Assembly (NCBI GenBank): GCA_017617035.1
Contig: JAFZWV010000009.1
Span: 21,374 to 85,373, forward strand
DNA from: Bacteroidales bacterium
GTDB lineage: Bacteria; Bacteroidota; Bacteroidia; Bacteroidales; UBA932
Length of the DNA: 64,000 nt
Direction: 5' to 3'
Below, piece by piece: positions 1 to 9,788 of this stretch; positions within the stretch are counted from its first letter, which is position 1, and each line of letters begins with the position of its first letter. The notes under the pieces are model-generated. The model did not search any database. It was given only the letters and a program-made list of their open reading frames with translations, and was not told the DNA's origin. The position numbers and the translations under genes are program-made.

Positions 1-20
1 CTATATAAGGTTATACACTA

Positions 21-1364
21 TCAAATGATTCCCTGCTCGAGCATTGCGGTGGCTACTTTCATGAAGCCGGCGATATTTGCGCCCTTCACATAGTCGACCG
101 AGCCGTCGGGCTGGGTTCCGTATTTGACACACTGCTCGTGGATGCTGTGCATGATCCAGTGGAGCTTTTCGTCCACTTCCTGGCCGCTCCAGCTGATGTG
201 CTCGGCGTTCTGGGTCATTTCCAGACCGCTGGTCGCGACTCCGCCGGCGTTGACCGCCTTACCTGGAGCGAACAGCACGCCGTTGTGCTGGAAGTAGTGA
301 ATTGCACCGGGCTGGCAGCCCATGTTGCTGACCTCGCAGCAGCACCAGCAGCCGTTCTCGACGAGCTCGCGGGCGTCGTCTTCCGACAGCTCATTCTGGA
401 ATGCGCAAGGAAGTGCGATATCGCACGGAATACTCCAAGCCTTCTTTCCGGGATGGAAGACGCACTCATTCGGGAAACGGTCGACCATGTCCTGAGCGCG
501 GTCGTGGTTCGAGGCGCGCATCACGAGCATGTAGTCTATCATTTCGGGGGTGATGCCGTTGTGGATCTCGACTGCTCCGTCGGGACCTGAGATCGTTACG
601 ACCTTGGCACCGAGTTCGACGGCCTTCTTCGCTGCGCCCCAGGCTACGTTGCCGAAGCCGGAGAGAGCGACTTTCTTGCCCTTGAGGTCCTTGCCAGCCT
701 TCTCGAGGAGGTGCTGGGTGAAGTAGAGGGCGCCATAGCCGGTAGCTTCGGGCCTCAGGACGGAACCGCCCCAGGTTGAGCCCTTGCCGGTAAGGACGCC
801 GGTATTGTACTCGCGTGCGAGTTTCTTGTACATGCCGTAGAGGTAGCCGATTTCGCGGCCGCCAACGCCCACATCGCCCGCAGGGATGTCCTGGTCAGGG
901 CCGATGCACTGCCAGAGTTCGGTCATGAAGGCCTGGCAGAAGCGCATGATTTCGGCATCGCTCCTTCCGCGCGGATTGAAGTCCGAGCCGCCCTTGGCGC
1001 CGCCCATGGGCAGAGTTGTAAGAGCGTTCTTGAAGGTCTGCTCGAAGCCGAGGAATTTAAGCATGGAAGGGGTGACCGCTTTGTGGAAACGGAGACCGCC
1101 TTTGTAGGGACCGATGGCGCTGTTGAACTGGACGCGATAACCGGTATTGGTCTGAACCTGGCCTTCGTCGTCGATCCATGTAACGCGGAAAGTGAAGATG
1201 CGGTCGGGCTCGACCATCCTCTCCACTATCTTCGCCTGTTCGAATTCAGGGTGCTGGTTGTAGACTTCTTCTACCGATTCGAGCACTTCCTGAACAGCCT
1301 GCAAATACTCGTTCTCTCCAGGGTACTTGGCCTGGAGTTTCGCCATGATTTCGGATGTTTTCAT
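21..1364 (-). CDS. gdhA: NADP-specific glutamate dehydrogenase
   Basis: GPYKGGLRFH, FKNALTTLPMGGAKGG, GFGNV and NAGGVATS motifs; 447 aa. Confidence 0.95.
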   Translation of the reverse strand: MKTSEIMAKLQAKYPGENEYLQAVQEVLESVEEVYNQHPEFEQAKIVERMVEPDRIFTFRVTWIDDEGQVQTNTGYRVQFNSAIGPYKGGLRFHKAVTPSMLKFLGFEQTFKNALTTLPMGGAKGGSDFNPRGRSDAEIMRFCQAFMTELWQCIGPDQDIPAGDVGVGGREIGYLYGMYKKLAREYNTGVLTGKGSTWGGSVLRPEATGYGALYFTQHLLEKAGKDLKGKKVALSGFGNVAWGAAKKAVELGAKVVTISGPDGAVEIHNGITPEMIDYMLVMRASNHDRAQDMVDRFPNECVFHPGKKAWSIPCDIALPCAFQNELSEDDARELVENGCWCCCEVSNMGCQPGAIHYFQHNGVLFAPGKAVNAGGVATSGLEMTQNAEHISWSGQEVDEKLHWIMHSIHEQCVKYGTQPDGSVDYVKGANIAGFMKVATAMLEQGII

Positions 1365-1389
1365 AGGTTTTAGTTATTGTAGAGTTGAA

Positions 1390-1944
1390 TTATTGCTGCT
1401 GCTGAGCCGCCATCTCCTGCTGGAGGGTCTCGAGGGTCCTGCCTTCCTTGATTCCGAGAGCCTTGCGGGCAAGCGGAGTGAGGTCGACGCTCTGTTTCTC
1501 GTCGATGTAGAGGACCTGTGAGAGGTCGAACACATAGACAAAACCTTCCTTCTTTGCGAGCTCCTCGACAGTGTCCATGGCCTTCTTCTGGATAGGGGCC
1601 ATCAGAGACTGCTGCTGCTGAGCGAGCTCCTGCTGAACGGTCTGCTCGAAGCTCTGGATGCGCTGCTGGATTTCGGTGAGTTCCTTTTCCTTGGTCTCGC
1701 GGATAGCGGGAGTCCAGGTGCTGACTTTCTGCTGGTAGGCCTGGTACTTGGAGTTGAACTCCTCGACCATTGCCTGATAGGTTTCCTGTGCTTCCTGGCT
1801 GGAGGCCTGGATGGTGGCGCGGGCCTGGTCGGCTTCGGGCATGAGCTGAACGAGCTCGGAGAAGTTGACATGGGCGAACTTGGGCTGCGCCATAGCGGCG
1901 ATGCTTACGAGAGCCGCGATTGCGATAACGAATGCTTTTTTCAT
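1390..1944 (-). CDS. skp: OmpH/Skp periplasmic chaperone
   Basis: Signal peptide from MKKAF, KFAHVN start, coiled-coil body, GFVYVFD...VDLT end; directly downstream of bamA. Confidence 0.85.
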   Translation of the reverse strand: MKKAFVIAIAALVSIAAMAQPKFAHVNFSELVQLMPEADQARATIQASSQEAQETYQAMVEEFNSKYQAYQQKVSTWTPAIRETKEKELTEIQQRIQSFEQTVQQELAQQQQSLMAPIQKKAMDTVEELAKKEGFVYVFDLSQVLYIDEKQSVDLTPLARKALGIKEGRTLETLQQEMAAQQQQ

Positions 1945-1967
1945 ATTGCTTGTCATTATTGATTATT

Positions 1968-4562
1968 CTAGAATTGTTGTCCGATTACGAAGTGGAACTG
2001 ACTGCCGCCCTTGCTGGAACTGTCGAAGCCGTAGCCCCAGTCGACTCCGAGGAGACCGACCATCGGGAGGAAGACTCGGACGCCGACGCCGGCGGAGCGA
2101 TAGATCTGGAACGGGTTGAAATCGCGTATGTCTGACCAGCAGTTACCACCCTCAAGGAAGCCGAGAACATAGATAGTGGAGGTCGGCTGGAGGATGACGG
2201 GGTAACGAAGCTCGACTGTAAACTTGTCGTAGACATTACCCGCATAAGCGTAACCGTTGGAGTTGTAGTTGGTGTTCTGATAAGGGGTCAGGGAGTAGTT
2301 TTCGTAACCGCGGAGGGATACGACTTCCGAACCATAGGTACTATAACCCGACATACCGTCGCCACCGACGAGGAAGCCCTCGAACGGGGAGTAACCCCAG
2401 TTGCGGTTGTAGTAGCCGAGATAGCCGAACTGCGCACGAGCCATCAGGACAAGGTCGCCTGCAAGCTTGATGTACTGCGAGGCCGACAGTTTCCATTTGT
2501 GGTACTCGATCCACCTAAAGCGGTTGTCGGAATTCCAGTTGGTGTAGTCGACATCCCTCCAGTCGCGCACCGCGAACTTGTTGCCTGCGTCGTCGTAGTC
2601 GAACTTCCTGAACAGGGAGTACGGAGGGGTAAGCGACAGGCTGGCCGAGAACTCCGAACCCTGGCGAGGATAGATCTGCTGGTCGGTAGAGTTCCTCATC
2701 AGGTTGATCGAGTAGCTCAGGTTGTTCGCCAGACCGTCGTCGAAGATGAAGTAACCGGAGTACCAGTTGGTAAGCTTATAGGTCTGCCAGCTGAGGCCGT
2801 TGTAAAGCACGAAGTAGGAATCAGGCCACTTGAGGCGGGTTCCTATCGAGGCGGATGCGCCGAAGACCTCCATCTGACGGTCGTGGCTCAGGATATTGAG
2901 CGCGAGGTAGGAGTTGGTCTGGCGGGTATAGTAGGCCGAGAGGCTGAGCGAGGTCGGTTTCTTGCCGAAGAGCCATGGCTCAGTGAAGCTGGCGGTAAGT
3001 GCGGTGTAATAGGTTCCGTTGGTCTGGAAGCGGAACGCGAGGCTCTGGGCATCTCCCAGCGGCACTGGCCTCCATGCTTCCTTGTCGAAGAAACGGTGAG
3101 TCGAGAAGTTGTTGAAGCTGACGCCGACTGTAGCCACGAAAGTATTGCCGCCCCAACCTCCGGAGAGTTCGAGCTGGCTCGAAGGCTTTTCGGTGACGTT
3201 GTAGACGACGTCGACGGTATTGTCACGCTGGTTCGGGAGGATGTTGTAGCCCGTTCCCTGCTGCATGATGGCTTCTGCGTCGAACTGGCCGAGCGAGGCG
3301 ATTTCGCGGATTGAGCGCTCGAAATCGCTCTGGCTGAAGAGGTAGCCCGGGCGGGTGAAGACCTGGCGGCGGACGACCTTTTCGTTGGTGAGGTCGTTGC
3401 CGTTGATGATAATGTTGTTCAGGGTAGCCTGCTTACCTTCGGTAATGCGCAGCTCGACGTCGACCGAGTCGTTCTGGATATTGGTCTCGACCGGGGTGAC
3501 CTGGAAGAAGAGGTAGCCGTTGTCGCGGTAGAGCTTCGAGATGTCGTAGTCTGTCTGCTTTCCTCCGCCGTAGAGCCTCTTTTCCATCGAAACGATGTCG
3601 TAGACGTCGCCTTTTTTTATGCCGAGTATGCCGTTAAGGACGTCGGTGGCGTAGACGGAGTTGCCCGTCCAGGTAACGTCGCGGAAGTAGTATTTGTCGC
3701 CCTCTTCGATATTGAGGTCGATGTTCATGCGCTTCTTGATCTTACCGTTTTTCTTGACGATGTCGACCATGTATAGGCTGTCGCTGACGATCCGTGCGTC
3801 GCGGTAACCGGCCTCTTTGAAGGCTTCGACGAGGAGTTTCTTATCGTTGGGGTACTCCTTCTCGTTGAATTTCTTGCTGCTGAAGAAGTTGTAGAACTTG
3901 TTGGACTTTGTCTTCTTCATCGAACGCGCAAGTTTGAAGTCCTTGACGTGTTCGTTTCCGTTGAAGTTGATGTCCTTGATCTTCACTTTGTCTCCCCTGT
4001 CGACCGCGAAGTTTACCCTGATGGCGTTCCTTACGACCGTGTCTTTCTGGACTTCGGCCTTTACGTCGCAAAGCAGGTAACCCTTTTCTGCGTAGTAGCG
4101 CTTGATGATGCCGATAGATGTACTCTCAACATACTGGGAGAACTCTCCGCCTCGGCGGATATGAAGCCTTTCCTGAAGCTCTTTCTTGTCGCTGGATTTT
4201 ACTCCGGTGAAGCCCCAGCGCGAAATACGCGGACGCTCCTGGAGTTCAATCCTGAACCATACCGAGTCGCGGTTTTCGCTGAGGTGGTCTATATACAGAC
4301 CTACATCTTCGAAGTAATTCTGAAGGGTGAGTTTCTTAAGAACCGAAGTAATGTCGTCTCCGGGAACGGTGATTTCCCTGCCGGCTACGAGACCGGACTG
4401 CTGGATAATCTGCTGGTCCGAAAAATAGGTGTTGCCTTCGACGGATACACCTCCGATTATGTATTTCTGGGGATGGGAGTAATCCACCTCTACCTGTGCG
4501 CGGGCAGTGACTGCCGCGGCTGCGCAGAAGATGATGGGTAACAGAATCCGGCCTAATCTCAT
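1968..4562 (-). CDS. bamA: Outer membrane protein assembly factor BamA
   Basis: POTRA-like repeats, SLRGY motif, C-terminal FHFVIGQQF beta-signal; 864 aa. Confidence 0.95.
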   Translation of the reverse strand: MRLGRILLPIIFCAAAAVTARAQVEVDYSHPQKYIIGGVSVEGNTYFSDQQIIQQSGLVAGREITVPGDDITSVLKKLTLQNYFEDVGLYIDHLSENRDSVWFRIELQERPRISRWGFTGVKSSDKKELQERLHIRRGGEFSQYVESTSIGIIKRYYAEKGYLLCDVKAEVQKDTVVRNAIRVNFAVDRGDKVKIKDINFNGNEHVKDFKLARSMKKTKSNKFYNFFSSKKFNEKEYPNDKKLLVEAFKEAGYRDARIVSDSLYMVDIVKKNGKIKKRMNIDLNIEEGDKYYFRDVTWTGNSVYATDVLNGILGIKKGDVYDIVSMEKRLYGGGKQTDYDISKLYRDNGYLFFQVTPVETNIQNDSVDVELRITEGKQATLNNIIINGNDLTNEKVVRRQVFTRPGYLFSQSDFERSIREIASLGQFDAEAIMQQGTGYNILPNQRDNTVDVVYNVTEKPSSQLELSGGWGGNTFVATVGVSFNNFSTHRFFDKEAWRPVPLGDAQSLAFRFQTNGTYYTALTASFTEPWLFGKKPTSLSLSAYYTRQTNSYLALNILSHDRQMEVFGASASIGTRLKWPDSYFVLYNGLSWQTYKLTNWYSGYFIFDDGLANNLSYSINLMRNSTDQQIYPRQGSEFSASLSLTPPYSLFRKFDYDDAGNKFAVRDWRDVDYTNWNSDNRFRWIEYHKWKLSASQYIKLAGDLVLMARAQFGYLGYYNRNWGYSPFEGFLVGGDGMSGYSTYGSEVVSLRGYENYSLTPYQNTNYNSNGYAYAGNVYDKFTVELRYPVILQPTSTIYVLGFLEGGNCWSDIRDFNPFQIYRSAGVGVRVFLPMVGLLGVDWGYGFDSSSKGGSQFHFVIGQQF

Positions 4563-4571
4563 ACTTAAACT

Positions 4572-5258
4572 TTATTTCACTTTGCCGAAGCGGCGGTCGC
4601 GGCGGGAATACTCCTCAATTGCGGCCACGAGGCTATCCTTTCTAAAATCAGGCCAAAGTGTATCTGTGAATACGAATTCGGTATACGCTGTCTGCCAGAG
4701 CATGTAATTGCTGATGCGCTGCTCACCCGAAGTCCTGATAAGGAGCTCGGGATCGGGCACACCGGCGGTAACCAGGGCGTTGTCGATCGCTTCCATCGTG
4801 ATCTCCTCAGGCTTGCAGGTTTCGGCGAGCTTTCGCGCGGCCTGCATGATGTCCCACTTTCCGCTGTAGCTCAGCATGATGAGCATGGTCGTATTGGGAT
4901 TGTTCTCCGTCGCTTTTTCGAGCTTGGTTATCGCTTCGTCGAGCTCGGGGGCCAGGCGCGAGCGGTTACCCAGGACGCGGAAACGCACGCCGTTGTCCAT
5001 GAGGGTATTGTACTCGTTGATCATACACTTGGCGAGCAGCGACATAAGGGCGGATACTTCTTCGCCCGGGCGGTTCCAGTTCTCTTCGGAGAAGGCGTAG
5101 AGCGAGAGGTATTTCACTCCGAGCTCGACACACTTTTCGGTGACGGCACGGACGCTCTTAACCCCTTCCATATGGCCCTGGACGCGTTCGAGGCCGCGCT
5201 GTTTAGCCCAGCGGCCGTTGCCGTCCATTATGATAGAGATATGCTGGGGAACGATCAT
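4572..5258 (-). CDS. uppS: Undecaprenyl diphosphate synthase
   Basis: HISIIMDGNGRWA, AFSEENWNR and IRTSGEQRISN motifs. Confidence 0.95.
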   Translation of the reverse strand: MIVPQHISIIMDGNGRWAKQRGLERVQGHMEGVKSVRAVTEKCVELGVKYLSLYAFSEENWNRPGEEVSALMSLLAKCMINEYNTLMDNGVRFRVLGNRSRLAPELDEAITKLEKATENNPNTTMLIMLSYSGKWDIMQAARKLAETCKPEEITMEAIDNALVTAGVPDPELLIRTSGEQRISNYMLWQTAYTEFVFTDTLWPDFRKDSLVAAIEEYSRRDRRFGKVK

Positions 5259-6071
5259 TTAGCGGGAGTTGCGTACATCCTCGCCCCAGAATAGTTTGGA
5301 GCGGAGGGCGTCGATGAAACTTGATTTGCCGAAGGTTACGCGCCTGAGCGCAAACGGGGCGCAGCATACCTTGATGCTGGCTCCTGCTGGCAGGACGTAG
5401 TCCTTGTTGTCTACCGACAGGAGGACCGAGCGGTTTTTCCTGTCGATGGCGGTCATCTCGACCACGGAGTCTTTGGAGACCACTATCGGGCGGACATTGA
5501 GGTTGTGCGGCGCGATAGGCGCGATTATGAAAACCTCCACGTCCGGCGGGCAGATGGGGCCGCCGACACTTAGCGAGTAGGCGGTACTGCCGGTGCTGGT
5601 CGAAACCAGAAGACCGTCGCACCAGTAGGTCGGGAGGGCGGAGCCGTCCAGCTTCAGGTCCACGCCCAGGGTGCCTGCTCCGCTGCGGCGGAAGGCGACT
5701 TCGTTGAGCGCGTACGGGAAGATGTTGGGGGCCGGGGCGCCATCGACCGTAACCTCGAGCATCTCGCGGTCTTCGATTCTATAACGGCCCTCGAGTATGG
5801 GCTGGAGGACAGAGCCGAGCTCGGCGTCTGACAGGAAGCCCATCCGTCCGAGGTTTATACCGAGGATGGGGACGCCTGCCTGGCAGACTATGCGCGAGGC
5901 GGTCAGGAAGGTGCCGTCTCCGCCGAAGGCTATGAGCATGTCGGTATTGGGCTGAAGCCCTCCGGCTACGTCGTAGACTTCGGGGCCTGCGGCGGCGAGG
6001 TCCTCAAGGAAAGACCTTACTGCAGGGTCGGCCACCAGGCCTGATTTCTTTATGAAATATGCAATTTTCAT
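5259..6071 (-). CDS. nadK: NAD kinase
   Basis: GGDGT, GINLGRMGFL, NE and STGSTAYSLSVGG motifs; start moved to the MKIAYF ATG next to a -7 box. Confidence 0.92.
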   Translation of the reverse strand: MKIAYFIKKSGLVADPAVRSFLEDLAAAGPEVYDVAGGLQPNTDMLIAFGGDGTFLTASRIVCQAGVPILGINLGRMGFLSDAELGSVLQPILEGRYRIEDREMLEVTVDGAPAPNIFPYALNEVAFRRSGAGTLGVDLKLDGSALPTYWCDGLLVSTSTGSTAYSLSVGGPICPPDVEVFIIAPIAPHNLNVRPIVVSKDSVVEMTAIDRKNRSVLLSVDNKDYVLPAGASIKVCCAPFALRRVTFGKSSFIDALRSKLFWGEDVRNSR

Positions 6072-6080
6072 TTGGAGCCT

Positions 6081-6109
6081 CAAATTTAGCATTTTTATTT
6101 GTATTTTTG
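6081..6109. promoter_or_regulatory. Back-to-back Bacteroidetes -7 boxes for nadK (minus) and pdxJ (plus)
   Basis: TAAATTTG on minus (6081-6088) and TATTTTTG on plus (6102-6109), each 9 nt from an ATG. Confidence 0.7.
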
Positions 6110-6118
6110 CGCGTTTAG

Positions 6119-6841
6119 ATGACAAGGCTTAGCGTAAATATCAACAAGATCGCGACCCTTCGCAACGCCCGCGGCGGAAATCTCCCGGACGTCGAGAAAG
6201 CGGCCGTTGATATCGAGCGCTTCGGGGCGGAAGGAATTACCGTCCATCCCCGTCCGGACGAGCGCCACATCCGCTATTCCGACGTCAGGCTCCTGCGCCC
6301 TCTGGTGAAGACTGAATTCAACATCGAAGGCAATCCGGAGCCCGCGTTCCGCGAGCTGGTGCTCGAAGTCGTTCCCGATCAAGTGACGCTTGTACCCGAC
6401 GGCCACGACGCCATTACCTCGAATGCCGGTTGGAATGTCATCGAAAACAAAAAGTTTTTAACGGAGATGTGTGAGCTGTTCCACTCCAAGGGTATCAGGG
6501 TATCGATTTTCATCGATCCCGTTCCGGAGATGGCCCTGGCGGCGAAGGAATGCGGAGCGGACCGGGTTGAGCTGTATACTGCTGCTTATGCCCATGATTA
6601 TGGTTGCGACCCCGCGAAGGCAATAGAACCCTATCTGGCTACCGCACGCGCAGCCCGCGACTGTGGATTGGGATTGAACGCCGGCCACGACCTCAGCCTC
6701 GGGAATCTGGCATATTTCGTGCAGACGATTCCCTGGACAGACGAAGTCTCGATAGGCCACGCCCTTATCAGCGACGCCCTCTACATGGGTCTCGAAAAGA
6801 CAGTCGCAGAGTATCTCCGCCTTACACACGCAAACAAATAA
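6119..6841 (+). CDS. pdxJ: Pyridoxine 5'-phosphate synthase
   Basis: LSVNINKIATLRNAR, ITVHPRPDERHI, NAGHDL and EVSIGHA motifs. Confidence 0.95.
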   Translation: MTRLSVNINKIATLRNARGGNLPDVEKAAVDIERFGAEGITVHPRPDERHIRYSDVRLLRPLVKTEFNIEGNPEPAFRELVLEVVPDQVTLVPDGHDAITSNAGWNVIENKKFLTEMCELFHSKGIRVSIFIDPVPEMALAAKECGADRVELYTAAYAHDYGCDPAKAIEPYLATARAARDCGLGLNAGHDLSLGNLAYFVQTIPWTDEVSIGHALISDALYMGLEKTVAEYLRLTHANK

Positions 6842-6853
6842 CACAGTATAGAA

Positions 6854-7465
6854 ATGAAAAAAACACCTATCATCCTGAGCATCTGCGCCCTTGTGGTCGC
6901 TGCCGCAGCTCTCGTACTCAACATCGTTCCTTTCAACAAGGCCTCCAAGGCAGAAGCCGAAGCCGAGCAGGCAGAAGCCGCCGCAGTCAATATCGCTTAC
7001 TTCTGTGTAGACGAAGTTGTCGCAGCTTACCAGATGGCTATCGACCTCAACGCTTCCTTCGAGAAGAAGGCCAAGAGCGTCAACGACGACCTCACCCGCC
7101 GCAACAACAAGCTCGAGAACGAGCAGAAGGAGCTTGCAGACAAACTCAACAAGGGTCTCGTCACCCGTTCGACCGCCGAGGTTCAGTACGGAAAGCTTCA
7201 GGAGAAAGTCGCTTCTTTCCAGCAGCTTCTCCAGCAGAAGAACAACGAACTCGCCGAGGAGCAGCAGGTTATCCTGAACAACATCGCCAACGCTGTGGGC
7301 GAATATGTAAAGAAGTACAATGAGGAGAAGGGCTACACCATGATCTTCTCCACCACCAGCGGACTTCTCAGCCAGCCCGTAGTTGATGCAGAGGCAGGCC
7401 TCAACATCACCGCCGACATCATTGAAGGCCTCAACGCCGAATACGCAGCATCCAAGAAAAAGTAA
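6854..7465 (+). CDS. OmpH/Skp family protein (paralogue with N-terminal membrane anchor)
   Basis: N-terminal hydrophobic segment, IAYFCVDE, coiled coil, YNEEKGYTMIF...NITADII. Confidence 0.75.
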   Translation: MKKTPIILSICALVVAAAALVLNIVPFNKASKAEAEAEQAEAAAVNIAYFCVDEVVAAYQMAIDLNASFEKKAKSVNDDLTRRNNKLENEQKELADKLNKGLVTRSTAEVQYGKLQEKVASFQQLLQQKNNELAEEQQVILNNIANAVGEYVKKYNEEKGYTMIFSTTSGLLSQPVVDAEAGLNITADIIEGLNAEYAASKKK

Positions 7466-7468
7466 GTC

Positions 7469-9028
7469 GTGAGAAGACTCATCCTCATAGTCGCCCTGCT
7501 CGCAGGAATGCAGGTCGTGAGCGCCCAGGAGTACACCCAGGAGCCCGTGAAGGTTACCACCGACATGGTTCGCAAGGGTGACCACATGTTCTACGCCCAC
7601 GTAGTCCTTGCGCGCCAGACCCTCTACTCTATCGGCAAGGCCTATGGGGTCTCCACCCTCGACATCATCGACGCGAATCCCAAGCTCGACCTCCACAACA
7701 AGCCGATTCACCCCGGCGACGTCCTGCTGATTCCCGTCAGATTCCCGGACCTCAAGCCCGCGGAGGATACGGTCGCTCAAGAGATCTCTCCACTCGCTCC
7801 GCTCGGTCGAGATGACAGTCTGGCTGTTTCGCCAAAGGATTCTATCGACGTGCTTCCGAAGGATTCTCTTGATGTCGTTCCGAAAGATTCCATTGATGTC
7901 ATTTCGAGCGTAGCCGAAGGCGAAGTCGAGAAATCTCCCGAGGACACCCTAACCGGTCCGGTGCGTCCGCCGTTCGTTTACGACTATGTCGACAAGATCC
8001 ATGTAGCGCTGCTGCTGCCACTGTCGGCCGATTCGGGCGCGAACCAGTACTACATGAACTTCTATTTCGGCGCGCTTCTGGCCGCACGCGACCTTGGTGC
8101 AGGCGGAGTCGATGTAGACTTGACCGTGGTCGATGTAACTTCGGCCAAGGACTTCGCGAAGGTCGGTAAGTTGCTGGAAACCAGCGATGTCATCCTCGGG
8201 CCGGTGAGCACGGCCGATATCACCCGCACTCTCCCGCTTCTGCCGGAAGGCAAGTTCATAGTCTCGCCCATGGACCCGAAAACCGAGGCGCTGGTCGCCG
8301 AGAGCCCCGTCATCCTGGCGGCCACTCCCGCCGCCACCCAGATCGACGACGCCGTGGCTTGGATGAAATCCAACATGGACCCGGCCGATTCGCTGATCGT
8401 GGTTAAGGAAGCCGGATACCAGATGAGCGCGAACGCGCAGTACATGGTCGAGCAGATCGACCTCCCGTCGATGTCGAAACACGTTCAGGTCTCCTACGCG
8501 CTTTCTGAGGGCATCAAGATGAACGAAGATTTCTTCGCACACCATACGCATCTGAAGGACACCGTTACATGGGTGGTCGCCGCTTCCGAGCACGACGTGT
8601 TTGTGGCGGACGTCATCCGCAACGTAGCGCTCCAGAATTTCATGGGCCACAACACCTATATCTATGGTCCCGCGAAGACGAAATCGCCCGAGATGGAGGA
8701 GATGTGCGGCGCACGTCTGCATCAGAGCGCGACCTACTTCATCGACTACGACGACCCCGCTGTCATCAGGTTCGTGAAGGACTTCCGCGCGCTGTTCCAG
8801 AACGAGCCCGACAACTTCGCTTTCCATGGCTACGATACCTTCAAGTATTTCGTGCTGGCGTGTGATAACTACGGGCGCAACTGGGAGCAGAAGCTCGACG
8901 AGTTCAAGATGTACGGTCTTCAGACCAGCTTCAAGTTCGTTTGGGATCCTTCGTCGGTAGGCGATGTGAATTCGGGACTGCGAAGGGTTGTCTACTCTCC
9001 AGGTTTCAAGGTAACTGTCCTTAAATGA
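7469..9028 (+). CDS. LysM domain protein with periplasmic-binding-protein-like C-terminal domain
   Basis: Signal peptide; LysM motif HVVLARQTLYSIGKAYGVS...PGDVLLIP; VALLLP...FYFGALLAA and HGYD segments. Confidence 0.75.
   Translation: MRRLILIVALLAGMQVVSAQEYTQEPVKVTTDMVRKGDHMFYAHVVLARQTLYSIGKAYGVSTLDIIDANPKLDLHNKPIHPGDVLLIPVRFPDLKPAEDTVAQEISPLAPLGRDDSLAVSPKDSIDVLPKDSLDVVPKDSIDVISSVAEGEVEKSPEDTLTGPVRPPFVYDYVDKIHVALLLPLSADSGANQYYMNFYFGALLAARDLGAGGVDVDLTVVDVTSAKDFAKVGKLLETSDVILGPVSTADITRTLPLLPEGKFIVSPMDPKTEALVAESPVILAATPAATQIDDAVAWMKSNMDPADSLIVVKEAGYQMSANAQYMVEQIDLPSMSKHVQVSYALSEGIKMNEDFFAHHTHLKDTVTWVVAASEHDVFVADVIRNVALQNFMGHNTYIYGPAKTKSPEMEEMCGARLHQSATYFIDYDDPAVIRFVKDFRALFQNEPDNFAFHGYDTFKYFVLACDNYGRNWEQKLDEFKMYGLQTSFKFVWDPSSVGDVNSGLRRVVYSPGFKVTVLK
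7781..7937. repeat. Family A palindromic repeat pair inside the LysM gene, enclosing 3 x 24-bp tandem repeats
   Basis: GAGATCTCTCCACTCGCTCCGCTCGGTCGAGATGACA (7781-7817) and TGTCATTTCGAGCGTAGCCGAAGGCGAAGTCGAGAAATCTC (7897-7937); PKDSxDVx x3 at 7832-7903. Confidence 0.85.
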
Positions 9029-9633
9029 GAAAGATATTAATTCTGGCGCCGGCTGTTTTGCTGGCGCTTTTCGCTTGTTCTTCGCCCGGGTCGCTGACCC
9101 GCTCGGAGAAGGCTTTGATTGCATCGTCGGATTCGCTGATGCATGTTTATACAGTAGACGATTCTACCGAGTTTATAGTGCTGCGCGGCGAGTCGGTCGA
9201 TTTTTCCGACGCGGATTTGCAGAGTCCTCTGTTTGAGTCGCTGGTCGCGAAGATGAAGTACACGGTGCAGGACCCGTCGCAGGATGGAGTCGGAATCGCC
9301 GCTCCTCAGGTGGGCCTGAACCGCCGGCTGATCATTGTCTGCCGGCTCGACCTCCCGGGCGAGCCCTTTGTCGCGTATGCCAATCCTTATATTGATTCAC
9401 TTTGGGGTCCTTCGGTTGTCGGCCGTGAGGGCTGCCTGTCCATCCCCGGACATCGCGGAAATGTCCCCCGCTCGGAATTTGCTTTGATTAGGTATACGGA
9501 TCCTGTTTCTTTGTCGGTTTGCCGCGACACCGTCTCCGGTTATGTCGCCAGGATCTTCCAACACGAAATAGACCACCTGGAGGGCGTCTTGTATATCGAC
9601 CGCACTGCCGACCTTTGGACCGTCTCCGAATAG
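9025..9633 (+). CDS. def: Peptide deformylase with lipoprotein signal peptide
   Basis: GVGIAAPQ, EGCLS and QHEIDH motifs; N-terminal MRKILILAPAVLLALFAC lipobox. Confidence 0.85.
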   Translation: MRKILILAPAVLLALFACSSPGSLTRSEKALIASSDSLMHVYTVDDSTEFIVLRGESVDFSDADLQSPLFESLVAKMKYTVQDPSQDGVGIAAPQVGLNRRLIIVCRLDLPGEPFVAYANPYIDSLWGPSVVGREGCLSIPGHRGNVPRSEFALIRYTDPVSLSVCRDTVSGYVARIFQHEIDHLEGVLYIDRTADLWTVSE

Positions 9634-9634
9634 C

Positions 9635-9765
9635 TTTTTGGACTTCTCCCCCCTCTTTTCCGGGGAGAAGTCGAAATTTTTCTGCGCTTAGTTTCGGATT
9701 GTAAGCTCGCTTTCTGCGTTTTTGGACTACTCCCCGTAAAAAAGGGGGGAGAAGTCCAAAAATGA
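9635..9765. repeat. Family B REP-like hairpin doublet between convergent def and recN
   Basis: Two GGACTWCTCCCC-N10-GGGGAGAAGTC hairpins 84 bp apart; homologous to 42061-42193 and 27368-27408. Confidence 0.9.
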
Positions 9766-9788
9766 GTTAGGCGCGGAGGAGGGTGTGG

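Noticed and set aside
5452-5479. GTCATCTCGACC...TGGAGA in nadK resembling family A
   Set aside because: Only about 12 bp match, and the encoded residues fit the normal NadK sequence without an insertion.
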